Shown one piece after another: positions 12,870-26,115 of a DNA stretch of 64,000 nucleotides. Source of the DNA: the human T2T-CHM13v2.0 reference genome, Homo sapiens. Each line of letters begins with the position of its first letter. Positions within the stretch are counted from its first letter, which is position 1. The notes under the pieces are model-generated. The model was not told the origin of the DNA, made no database searches, and saw only the letters and a list, made by a program, of their open reading frames with translations. A program made the translations under genes and the position numbers. The stretch lies in NCBI RefSeq assembly GCF_009914755.1, contig NC_060927.1; one strand, written 5' to 3'.

Positions 12870-14184
12870 GAGGTGGCGGTGGGGAGAGAGAGAGAGAAAG
12901 ACTGATGTGTAAAACTAACATTTAGGGGTTTAAAACAAATCTGGATTTTGTTACTATCAATGTGAAATAATAACAAAGTTGTTCAAGCTTGCTGGCATCA
13001 TGTAGTTATGTTTGAGAAAATACCTACAAATTAACACAGTGCTCATTGCTCACTCTCTTTTTATTTACTTATACATTAATTTCCATTTGAATGGAATATT
13101 TACTGACAATATTTACTTACACATTAATTTGCATATGAATGTATTTTGCCACATCAACATTCTCTTCTTAGAAAGAAAGATAGTGGACAGAGCATATGTT
13201 TTCATTCTACATATTGAACTGAATTGACTCACCTCAGTATAATGTGACATTTTCACATTGTAATTGTTTTGGGTAATGAAATTGAGCTCAATAGTTGTGA
13301 CATTTTAAACATTAAAAAATCTACATTTCTAATAATAAAATTTGAGATATGATTTAGAATTTTCCTTTAAATTAAAACTATAAAAATACATAATGAATTG
13401 AACAAAAAAGAAATTCTTAATTTTGTTAAATATTGTATTTTAAAAGATTAGTTTTAAATTACTGAATGTTAAAAACAGCTATATTGACACAAAATCAGCA
13501 TATCAAATACATGGTATAAAAAGCCATTTTTTTCTAATGAGAACTAATACAACAAAAGCTGATTGATAAATTGTCTTAACCTTGTATTAAATTGGCTTTA
13601 AGAAATTAGTCTTGGTACAATTTTTGAATTGCTTGTAATTATAATTATTTGATTCTTAAAAAATCTAGTTTATTACTATTAACTTGTCCTCACACATATA
13701 TGCCAGGCCTTTTCCACGCAGGTATCTTAAATTTGTAGAAATTAGTGACTGTTCTCAAAACATTTAGGTCCTAGCATATTATTTTTTCTTTCAGGTAGGT
13801 TTGCCAAAATATTTGCCAAAGGTAATTATAATAAATTTCTATTTGTAATGTCAATAAAAAATATAGCATTCCATTGTTAAATATTTCTATCAACAAGCTC
13901 AGTACTACATTTTGTGTCAATAGTTTCTGGTTTTCTTAAACTTTTTCAAAGAGCTGCAAAGATAATGTTAAAATAACATTATGGTTTATAACATCAAAAA
14001 ATAAAAAAAGGTAAGGGAAATTGACCCAAAGTCTTAAATTTCACGAAACCACGTTTCCTATCATGAAGTAATGATTTAACACTTTTGTAGTACTATAATT
14101 TTGACTGGGGGATAGGGTGGGGAGAGGACTAAAGGAAGAAGGGTAAAAATAATTGCTCTTTTTATTTCGAAATTTCTCCAACTA

Positions 14185-15240
14185 CAATGTTTATGTTTTG
14201 AAAAACACTCAAACTTTCAGAAAAGTTGCAATAAGTCCAGTACAAAAAACCTTTTTCTCCTGAATTATTTGAGACTAAGTGGATGATATGTTGTCCTTCA
14301 CAAATGTGTTAATGAATATTTCCTACAATGTACAATTCTTCTACATATTGCAATAAAACCATCAAAATCAGAATAATAGTATTGATACATAATGCAACCT
14401 AGTTCTCAGACCCTGTTCAAGTTTCACTCATTGTCCCAACTATATCTTTGATAATAAAATGATGCAGTACAGAATCATTTGCATTTAGTTGCCTCCTTCT
14501 CTTTCTGGAACAGTTCCTCAGACTTTCTTTGATATTCATGACCTTGATACTTTTGAAATGTATATGCAGCTAGTTTGTAGAATATCCTTCAATTTCAGTT
14601 TTCTGAATTTTCCTTATAATTAGAGGCAGGAAATGCATTTTTGCAGGAATATAATAGATGTAATACTGTGTTCTCATTGAATCCTATCAGGTGTGTGCAA
14701 TTTCAATTTGTCCCATTGCTGATGATGTTCACTCTGATCATTTGATTACAGCGGTGTCTGCCAGGCTTCTCCTCTGTAAAATTATACTTTTTCACTTTTG
14801 TTCTGATAAATTTTATGGGGAGGTAACTTAAAGCAATATAAATATCCTGTTTCTGATTAAGCTATCAATTTACTTATATGTTTCAGCATGAATGAATGAT
14901 TTCCTATGTTATCCAGTGGTTTATAATCTGTTATTATCATTTATTTTGCAGCTCACATTGAGCCATTTTGGCCAGTGGGAGTTCCTTCAAGTTGGCTTTT
15001 TGTTGTTGTGGTTGTTCTGTTGATGTCTCCCCATTAATCTTGAAGCACTTTCATGCTTCCTGGCAGAGCAGTACTTCCTTTGCACCTCCTATACCAGAGC
15101 CTTGGGATCAACTTTTTTTTTCTTTTGAGGAGCCCTGATTTCTTTTAGTAGAAAATGGCATTTAAAAACCAATACTTTAATCACTTTTGGGTGTCACTGC
15201 TCAAAGAGTTAGTTAAAGAAACACACATATACACACATAC
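14185..15240 (-). mobile_element. L1MC4/L1MC5-like 3' region, part 1
   Basis: cagaaaagttgcaa, ctggaacagttcctcag, ttcatgaccttgatacttttgaa, gtgtctgccaggcttctcctctgtaaa, ttggccagtgggagttccttcaagttggct. Confidence 0.75.
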
Positions 15241-15247
15241 CTATGCT

Positions 15248-15774
15248 TGTAGGAGAGAAAAAAAATTTCTGTCTACCTTACAAGATTCTTAATTGGGATA
15301 GATCTCTATACCAAAAAACACATTATCAGGAGAAAAACAAACAGAAATTTAATAACATGTATACCTCATGTATACATGGGAGATACCCAGAGAAATGAGT
15401 AAATCTCCAGGAGGTGGCATTGAATTCAAGCTTAAATACCTTTGTCCACTGAAACAAAGAAAGAAGGCTGCGGGGAAGCCCAGCAATGGAGATTTGACCA
15501 AAAAAGAGCACAGTTTATTACGCAGATTTAATCAGTGCTATCTTCATCTATTTGAATATCTAGTATTTTAGAGTCATCCTTCTCTTCCTGCTACAGAGAG
15601 ACATCCTTAGAAGTGGAGATTTCCTTTATAGATATAAATTTCACTTACAGAAGAGTAACTTCTACTCTATTTTTAGAGCTTCCTTTATGTCTGTAGTTTC
15701 TCAAAATAATCAGCCAAAAATAATCCTTATGACAAATAGGCATATTTTAGGGTGTCACATTCTGGTCTTCCACA
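15248..15774 (-). mobile_element. MER34-family (ERV1) solo LTR
   Basis: The reverse complement starts TGTGGAAGACCAGAATGTGACACCCTAAAATATGCC...ATAAGGATTATTTT...GAGAAACTACAGAC and ends ...TCTCCTACA. Confidence 0.75.
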
Positions 15775-15794
15775 AATACACACATTTATTATGG

Positions 15795-15796
<2 letters not shown>

Positions 15797-15836
<40 letters not shown>
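15797..15836. repeat. (AC)20 microsatellite
   Basis: Read directly; lies between two LTRs. Confidence 0.95.
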
Positions 15837-15839
<3 letters not shown>

Positions 15840-16265
15840 TTGGGTTCAGAGGACACTATCTTAAAACTATTGCATCTTGGCATTTGAGAAAATAGCAGAA
15901 GCAGGAAGAAAACTCTTGCGTTCCCCTCACCCTCCTCCCTTGAAGCAAGTCATAAGCCCACCCCATTTGAGAGGCACCCTGCACATACCTGGAGGAACAG
16001 AACATCCTTATCTCTGAAGACACAGAAAAGAATCTGGACAAACAGGCCTTGCTAAACTTCCCCCAGTTTATTACAATCAGACCAAACCTAAACATAAAAA
16101 TACACAGATTTTCCTGTTTCTTTGGGTCCTCATTTCTGAAGACTTACATATCACGTAAAATTTATATGAAATACATTTAAGATTTTCTATTGTTCATCTG
16201 TTTTTTTTTAAAGAGGCCACAGCCATGAACTTAGTGATTGAAAAAACAATTTCTTTTCTCCTACA
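15837..16265 (+). mobile_element. MER31-family (ERV1) solo LTR
   Basis: gggttcagagg...cttggcatttgagaaaatagcagaagcaggaag...aacatccttatctctgaagacacag...aacaggccttgctaaa...ctcctaca. Confidence 0.75.
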
Positions 16266-16920
16266 ATATATACACAGACTGATTCACGTCTATATTTATT
16301 TCTGTGTCTGTTACTGCATACCAAAAACATCAGTTTCCACTAATATATCTGATGAAATTCAGCATCACAGGGTTCATTTTGGATTTCCCTTTCTATATTT
16401 TTAATGTTCTTTTCTAACAGTGAGAAACTTATTGCCACCATGTTTAATATAGTGACTTATTTAATCAACATTGTATGTAATCCGTCTTCCATTTCTACCA
16501 CCACTCCCTCATGGGGGCAGAACCCCTCCCCACCCAGCTCTGACTACCCATTCTGGGATATCTGTTTTGGAGACTATCTAACCATCTTGCACTGTGACAC
16601 CCACTATCAATTCCCTCTTTCTACCTTAATTGAATGCCTTCCTCATCCTGTAGTGGTTCTGATACCTCAAGTTGCCTGTACGCATACCATCCTCGAACCA
16701 GTGCTGGACCACTTTCCTACATAAAAATCTTCCTTGTGCTTTCTGGGCTCTCACACTCCTCTCTAAGTCACCAGCCAGGTAGTTTGCCTGCTCACACACC
16801 TCAGCTCTAAACCCTGCTCCAGGCACTGTAGCTGCATCCCTCTTTCTTGCCTGGTTACTTTGCTTGGATCTATTGGATTTTGGCCTTCAATTGTTCATGA
16901 GGGGAAGGAAGAGGAAGAGA
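16266..16920 (-). mobile_element. L1MC5-like, part 2 (resumes after the two LTRs)
   Basis: tctatatttatttct...cacagggttcatt...ctaacagtgagaaact followed by a C-rich degenerate repeat region. Confidence 0.55.
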
Positions 16921-17558
16921 AGAAAGAAGAGATTTGCATTGTTAAAATTCTTTCTTACATGTACTTAGTATGTTTCACTTCCCAAGCAGAAACCTCAGAA
17001 TATTTACAAGAAATAGGCCTAAGAACCTTTTTACTATGTAGTGGCAAATGAGTGATTTTGACATAGACAGTAAATCCTTTGGAAGTAAACAGAATAAAAC
17101 AAAATACCTTCCACAGTATCAGGCATCAACTTTTACATTAAAAATATGTATAATATTGTGCAACTGACAGTAAGAACAAACGTGATATTTGAATTTAATC
17201 TTGTTTTTTTTTTTTATTTTGAACAGCTTCTAAATTGTTTTAATGCCAAGTCACCCATTTCAACAAATGTTCTAATAGGGAAATTTCAGAGAAAAAAAAA
17301 TATTTCAAGGTAATGTGAATAGTATACTACTCCAAGCCCCTTTCAGTTTGGCAGGACTGTTGAAGAATAGAATGTATAACCCTTAGCCTAGTTTTGCCTA
17401 ACCTACAAACTTTAGTTTGTTCGTTGAACTTTAGATAAAAAAGAAAATGAGAGGTTTTATTTAAAAAAAGAATTAAATATATTGAAGAAAAAGCAACTAA
17501 AACAAAATAGAACAAAAAACCGATAATAAAAACAAACCACACATCACACACCATGTAA

Positions 17559-17777
<219 letters not shown>

Positions 17778-18627
17778 TAGGTCAATCTCAGTTGAGAATA
17801 ACATGGCTAGTCATTAGTTTTACGATTTTGGTGTTATATTTGTGCATTAATGAACATACTCTCAGCAATTTGATCATGGTCACTGTGTTTCATGTATCAG
17901 ATATTTAGAATAAAATGAAGACCAGGGTCAATTTTATTGACAGTAAATCTGGGAGTTACCATAGCAACTTTTGCCATATGATAACTGTGGTTGATCTTAG
18001 AAAAGCAATCGTGATTTCCTTCTGGGGCCCCTGGGTTTTTATATTAATCTCCTCTATGTCTAAAGGCATGTTTTAAAAAATATTTTCAGTTTTCTTAAGA
18101 TAAGGATAATAAGAACAGATTATCACTTTAAATGGTACTGTACTCTCCAGTAAATTGTAAAATGTCACTTATTCATTTCTTTCAATAATTATAATTTCCA
18201 AGATCAGTACATCGCTAGCATATATTTGGTTGTGTTTTCATCATAGGAGATTATCCGCCTTATATAATTGTAGATTCTGGTTGCTTTAGCAACAAAATGT
18301 CTGCTTTAAATTTAGAAACTCATTTAATTTCTGTCACTTTATTCTTTACTGTTAAGGAGACAAGCTGTTTTCTATTAAATAAAAAATAAAAAGAGTATAA
18401 TGGGTGAATTCTCAAGATCTGTTCTTGGCTTCAGTTTAAGCTAAGGGGAGAGTAACAATCAATTTTGATGAAAAGCAAAAGATTTTTATATATAGGTAGG
18501 CTCTATATTAGAGAAGTAAATGCAGTGAGGAAACAGATTCCTTAGTTATAGATTTCATGGAGATGCGATCAATGCCATCCATGGAATTTATTTTAACAAG
18601 GTGGAGCTTTAGAAATGTAGAGAACCG

Positions 18628-18988
<361 letters not shown>

Positions 18989-20462
18989 TTAAAGAAAGGT
19001 GTATGCTGCTTCTAAAAGATCAGTTTTTAAACTGTTAAAACATAGCCTCATAGAAATAGATAACAAACATGGGTTGCAGTTTTATTTAACTCATCAGTGA
19101 GGTAACAAGCAGAATGACAAGGATTGTCTTTGAGGAATCTATGAAGAACTGGGATTTATATAGTCAATAAGGAAAGAAAGAATGATATAAGGCTGATGTC
19201 CTATAGGACAATGCTAGGTAAACTATCTCTACCAGGCAAGGTAGAAAAATCACTGCTTATCAGTTTTCTATAAGTTAACCTCTAACTTTACAGGGCTGTT
19301 AAAACGCTTAGGCCTGAATCATTTATGGATAGTATGTCATACAAAGTTACATTTCCTCAGGAGAGTAAAAAGAATTAATACGATGGAACTATCAGAAAGT
19401 GCTCTGTCATAGTATTAACAATCATCATCCTTATCATTCTGTCTTATTTCTAACTTTTGGATTTTTTTCTGCCACATTTTTACACTTTAATACTTCCAAT
19501 AAATCCAATAAATGTGTCAGAAAAATAAAGTTATTTTTCTAAGAAAGTTATTAAGAAAATAAGAATAATGCTGAGGTCCTCAGATTCTTTAGAGGATCAC
19601 ATAGATATTAGAGAAGAATCATATTCTAATGTCATAAGATCAACAGACTCAGCTTTATCCTCACCTTCTGTTGGTGGATTGGTTTGTTTGATTACTGTTT
19701 AGTCAGAGAACTTGAGTATAAAATCTGAAAGGAATGTTAGCAAACATATATTTACTTTTGGTACAGTTACGAAAACTGAGGTTCAATAAATTACAAATTG
19801 CCTAAGAGTTCATTGCAAGTTAGTGACTAAATTTTTATCTCCTAAAAACCAGCAGTGGATCTTTTCTTCTATTAACACATTTGTCAACTTGAATACCATA
19901 AATAAGTGCCCCCAGAGTACTTATTTATTGCCAAAGAAAAAGGAACAATGAAAGCGGTATCCTCTAGGGAACTAATAAAAAGTTGAGAATAATGGTGATC
20001 TTAAAACAAAATAGTCTCAGTATGCAAAGTTGACCTCTAAATTTCAATTGGCTGCAACCAGCACTTTCTGGAGAGTATTTTCTTGGCAGAAATTCATGAT
20101 AATTTAAATAATACATTATCTACCATAAGCATTTTCAAATAATGAATGTCACTTTATTGGAAGTCAAAATGGGAAGTTTTCCCGGGCATATGGGAAAGGC
20201 TAAAGATGACAATTTGAAGTTTCTTGCATTCTGTAGCAAATAAAGATGCATGGCAAAAGCACAAAAATATAACTGAATACATTCTATTAAAAATAATTGC
20301 AAAGTAAAAGTTATTATTTTTTGAGGAAAAAGGGGAATTTTTTATCTTAACTTTTTGTTTCCCAATTGTTAAACAAGACATATAAGCCAAGATACTCTTT
20401 AGCTTCAAAATGCTACAACTCTAGATATGAATTGTTGTATTCAATTAGAAATAAGATGGCTT

Positions 20463-20779
<317 letters not shown>

Positions 20780-22789
20780 AGAAACAAGATGGCTCATGTT
20801 TGCCACATAATGCATTTACTCAGTTGCAAGCATAAATTGTACTGAAAAAGTAAGTGTGCAAGAAATGTCACAATACCTTTTATAAATACAAATGAATCTG
20901 ACGCTAAGCTCTCATTCCATTGGGTTGATGGGAAATTCAGTCTCACTTTTTACTGGGATTCTCCTCCCTCCACTCCTCCCCTCCCCAGGTCTTGGAAAGG
21001 TCAAGAGTGTTTAATGTGGAGTGAGGTATTTCCTGTCATCATAGATTTGGTGATCCTATTATCTAAATCCACAGAGTCTCCTGAAGGGAGCCTTTGCTGA
21101 GAACAAGGATTTCAGACAAGCATCCCTTTGGGGTCATTGCCAATTCTCATCGCTGAGAACGCAGAGAACTTTGGTAGTGAAACTTCCAAGCCCCCCAAAC
21201 AACCTCCTCCTGTTTTTAATCTGGGGACTAATGTCTAATACATCTACTTACCTCAGGGGCTTTCCGCTTTCCTCCTTCTCTGGTATAATCTGGCATAATT
21301 TCCTTAATAAATCTAGATTTTCAGAAACAAACAATGGTAACTGTTCCTTAGACAACTTTAGATTTTAAACCTGGATAACTTTTTAAAACAGGTTAGAAAG
21401 AAAATTACAGGCAGAATTAAATACAAATAATAACTCAATAAATTATTCTTCTATTGTAATTTTTAAAAATGATATATAATTCAGAATTTTATACAGTATT
21501 GATGTTGCCATAGCAAGCATAGGTATCATAGATTAGTTTTCAAAAAAATATAAATTAGTAAAACCCAAAGGACTTAGAAATTAGGTTTTGTTACTGCTAA
21601 AATAACCTACATTAGGGAAAACTTGAGTGTTAACTTTCTTTTGACTGCTACTTCTATGAATGGTTTTACTACATTTATTTTATTCATGAAGTGTGATTTT
21701 GTTTTGACCATTATAAAATGGTAGGAATGATTACGACTTTATAATATTGATGTATTCCTCTGATTCTCATCATTTTCTTAGAAAATGAGAGTATTTCAGT
21801 GCTTAAGATGTGAAGAGAAAATCCCAAATCATCTTAAATAGGGTCATTTTTACTATATTTATCTTTATTGGAGAGACTTTCAAGGTTTATCCCGGAGAAT
21901 CCATTAAAGCCTCTTATCACAACACATTCATTATCAAATAAGTTATTTGATTTTAGCTCTCTTCTTTCTAATTTCGTGCAAATATAGCAGAGCAGACTAC
22001 TCTGGCTTTGTCAGCCCCTTTTCACATGTTTGTACTTATTCAGTGCAGGAAGCCAAGATATATTTGACCTCAGTTACCTTTGTCTTCTACAAGCTTTCCC
22101 ACAAAACCATCCAGTTTTAATGCCGTACCCACCTCCCTTTTTTTTAACTCAATGTTTACATAAATCCTTTTCCAAACCAGTTTATATGACAGTTTCTAAT
22201 TTGCTGCAACATGAAAATTGGAGAACAAAGAACTTAATGCCAAATGTTCAAGTTATTTAGAATTTCTGTATGTCAACACCAAGAAGGATAAACCAGTTCT
22301 CAGCCCAAGTGTTGCCAAGTCAGATCATCAGCACCTGTGTATTATGATAGATATATTTCTAATATAGTCTTGGAAACATTTTAGCATTATTATAACTGGA
22401 GGACTGGGGGAAATTGTGTTTGTATGTGAAACTATAGTTCAAGCAATGAGATTCCTCTGTATCAAAAAATAGTTTCTCTAAATATCTGATGCAGTGTCCA
22501 TTTTATAGTTTATGTTTAATAAACTACAGAGATGCTCCAATTATAGTGGAACTAAGAAACTGATCTGCACCAATTCTTATTTAGACCTGTGCTAACCTCT
22601 TCATTTTCTTAATCAGAATTAGCCCTTTTATTTTAACTGAGTTTATTAGGTACCTTTGTTTACAGATTCACCTCTCATTTCTTCCTTTAAGGAGTTTTGC
22701 TTATTCAGTACTCCTGCCAAGAACTGCTTCTGAAGTTGTTGGCTTTTTGATTTTTGCACATTCTTTCTAAATTCATCTCCTTCATTTTT

Positions 22790-23072
22790 ATCTATTGAAC
22801 TATTACTCATCCTGTGAGTTCCAACTGAAGTTCTGTCTCCATGAGACATCTCTTCATTATCTCAGTTGGTTCTGTCCCCTCTGAGTTCATACAGCATTTT
22901 GGTTCCTCTTCTACACACTTTGAATTTGAAGTTTTTTGAATAAAAGTAATATCTCCCTGACTAGATTCTAAGAGTCTTAGTGAGCAAGACAGTCTGTTGT
23001 GTATTTTGGAACAGATACTATTCCAATTTCAAAAACATAGTAGTCATTCAATATTTAATTGTTGAATGAGTG
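22790..23072 (+). mobile_element. L2 3' end
   Basis: tctccctgactagattctaagagtcttagtgagcaagac...catagtagtcattcaatatttaattgttgaatgagt. Confidence 0.65.
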
Positions 23073-24698
23073 GTAAAGGCTACATATAGCTATCTCTTTG
23101 AAGGCTATTTCTCATCTAACAATAGCCCCCATCACATTATCAAAACAAAAAAATTTAGAGTGATTGAACACTAACCATTGCAAAACAGGTTTCTACTTTT
23201 CCTTGCTTCAGCTGCTTTTCTGCTTATCTGTATTCTCTTGACCCTGACTTCCTGTTTTTCATATTATCCCCACATGATGCAAGAAGTATGGAAAATCAAG
23301 GGCAAGAAGTCAATGTCTTAGTATTAAGATCAGTCAGGATTTTTCTACTTGCTAGTCTCCTACATCAAGCTACTTACATATCTGCATTCCTGACTCTTGC
23401 TTTTCCTGGCCTTTAATTGCTAGTACTGTCTTCCACCTCAATGGGCATTATTAATTTTCATCTCTGTCTTGACAACAGAGGGTAATTGACTCCCAGGCTG
23501 TTTTGTGGGCTCCTGTCCTTCCCCAAGACTCTTTTTAAAGAGTATGTCTTCCACCCAGCCTTATACTTACCCCTGCCTCCCCTGACAAGTCATGTATTGC
23601 TGCCTCTACTTCAAAATAAACCAATGGGTGAGGGTGAAAAGTTGAGACAAGGATTGAGAAGGAAGGATCAGTTATAAAAATGGGAATTAAACTGTAAAAC
23701 ATATTATATAGGTGATATCACTAGGCTCAAAGAGATGATGAAGTAACTTGCCCAATGGCACTCAAGTGGCAGAACGGTGAGTTGAGTTCCCTGTACACTT
23801 AGTAATTAGATAGAGAAAAATTGTTGAACAAGTAGAAATGATTTTAACTCAAATATATTAACTAAGTTGCTGGGTATTTCCAATTTTTATAGGAGTAGCT
23901 GAGATGATTGTCTTCAGCTGAGGTTATGGAAAGGGACACTGGGACTGGTTAAACATGTCACAATGGTAGTATCTACATGTCTTCTCAGAAATGTTTCCAG
24001 AACATACGTTGTCCAGGGGAAAGAGAAGAGCCTTCACCGGTAAAGTTTAGGGGGTCTTATGAGAACTTGTGTGATACGCAGATTTCTTTTTAATCTCAAA
24101 ACTACTATTATTTCTTCTGCAGGAGATTGGGTTTTATTTGAAGATCATAGGTCTTCAGTGTTGTAGGTGGTAAATCTTCCAGGAAGTTTGTGTGTCTAAT
24201 CATAGAAATGTGCCATTTAATCATCCTTTCTTTGTGCTTTGGCACAGCTACCAAATTTCAAGATGAATGGGGCATATTTTTAGGTGGGTCAAGGGAAAAC
24301 TTTCCTGTAGTCATATATAGGCAAGTGGGCAGATGGTTTATTATATGGATGTCATGATGGGTATTATTTGCTATGATATGTTATAGAAAAGGCTTTCAAG
24401 ACAAACTGCCATCAACCAAATGTTAGAAAAGCTTGCTTTTCGTGTTTGTTCCCTTTGATTTTCTTAGTGTTGACAGTGAGTTTACAGTGCCAAATTCACT
24501 GTTGCTAGCATACACTTTTCTCGTTCAATACTAAATTTCATTGGGTAAAAGAAAGCCAAGTGGAAAGAATTCCATTTGCATGTGTAAAATGATTCACAAT
24601 CCAAAAGAGAGAATTATTTAAGAAATACTATTTCTTTTACTATTTTCTGCAACCTGGCAAGTTAGGAAAGGCAGAAAAAGCTACTTTATCTTACGTTA

Positions 24699-25778
24699 TC
24701 ATGTCTAAAACACTAAAAGCAATGGCAACAAAAGCCAAAATTGACAAATGGGATCTAATTAAACTAAAGGGCTTCTGCACAGCAAAAGAAACTACCATGA
24801 GAGTGTACAGGCAACCTACAGAATGGGAGAAAATTTTTGCAATCTACTCATCTGACAAAGGACTAATATCCAGAATCTACAAAGAACTCAAACAAATTTA
24901 CTAGAAAAAAACAAACAACCCCATAAAAAGTGGGCAAAGGATATGAACAGACACTTCTCAAAAGAAGACATTTATGCAGCCAACAGACACATGAAAAAAT
25001 GCTCACCATCACTGGCCATCAGAGAAATGCAAATCAAAACCAAAATGAGATACCATCTCACACCAGTTAGAATGGCGATCATTAAAAAGTCAGGAAACAA
25101 CAGGTGCTGGAGAGGATGTGGAGAAATAGGAACACTTACACTGTTGGTGGGACTATAAACTAGTTCAACCATTGTGGAAGACAGTGTGGCAATTCCTCAA
25201 GGATCTGGAACTAGAAATACCATTTGACCCAGTCATCCCATTACTGGGTGTACACCCAAAGGATTATAAATCATGCTGCTATAAAGACACATGCGCACGT
25301 ATGTTTATTGTGGCACTATTCACAATAGTAAAGACTTGGAACCAACCCAGATGTCCATCAATGATAGACTGGATTAAGAAAATGTGGCACATATACACCA
25401 TGGAATATTATGCAGCCATAAAAAATGATGAGTTCATGTCCTTTGTAGGGACATGGATGAAGCTGGGAACCATCATTCTCAGCAAACTATCGCAAGGACA
25501 AATAACCAAACACCGCATGTTCTCACTCATAGGTGGGAACTGAACAATGAGAACACTTGGACACAGGAAGGGGAACATCACACACCGGGGCCTGTTGTGG
25601 GGTGGAGGGAAGGGGTAGGGATAGCATTAAGAGATATACCTAATGTAAATGATGAGTTAATGGGTGCAGCACACCAACATGGCACATGTATACATATGTA
25701 ACAAACCTGCACGTTGTGCACATGTACCCTAGAACTTAAAGTATAAATAAAAAAAAAGAAAACAAACAAACAAAAAAG
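24699..25778 (+). mobile_element. 5'-truncated L1PA4-like LINE-1 (about 1.08 kb)
   Basis: Close match to the primate L1 ORF2 end and 3' UTR (gaacacttggacacaggaagggg...gtaccctagaacttaaagtataa) with an A-rich tail; sits inside a MIR. Confidence 0.95.
24701..25543 (+). pseudogene. L1 ORF2p C-terminal remnant
   Basis: [18 protein letters not shown] / [12 protein letters not shown] / WIKKMWHIYTMEYYAAIK...HRMFSLIGGN*, broken by TAG at 24902-24904 and by frameshifts. Confidence 0.9.
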
Positions 25779-25880
25779 AAACTGAAGCCTAGACAATTAT
25801 ATGACCTGCCTAAGATAACAGATCATGTGAGACAACCAGGACAGCAACCATACTACCCATGGAGACTTTTTAACTCCTTC
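25779..25880 (-). mobile_element. MIR, split by the L1PA4 (other part about 24640-24698)
   Basis: gaaactgaagcctagacaattatatgacctgcctaagataaca resembles the antisense MIR core. Confidence 0.6.
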
Positions 25881-26115
25881 CCACTTCTACTAGACTATAA
25901 GCTCCATTAGGACAGAAATCTTATCTCTAATTTTTTCCATATAGTACCATCAGCTCTAATTTTTATAATTGTTTGTTGAATAAATTCTCCCCAACTATAA
26001 TATAATTAACCATTCATATTTGTTTCAAATAAAATATTTTCCTTCATTCTTCCCTTCCTTTCTCTCTCCTTTCCTCTCTCCATTCTTTCTTTTTTTCCTG
26101 TTTCCTCTCCCCTTT

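Noticed and set aside
25599-25620. G-rich, quadruplex-like tract
   Set aside because: Standard part of the L1PA 3' UTR, not specific to this locus.
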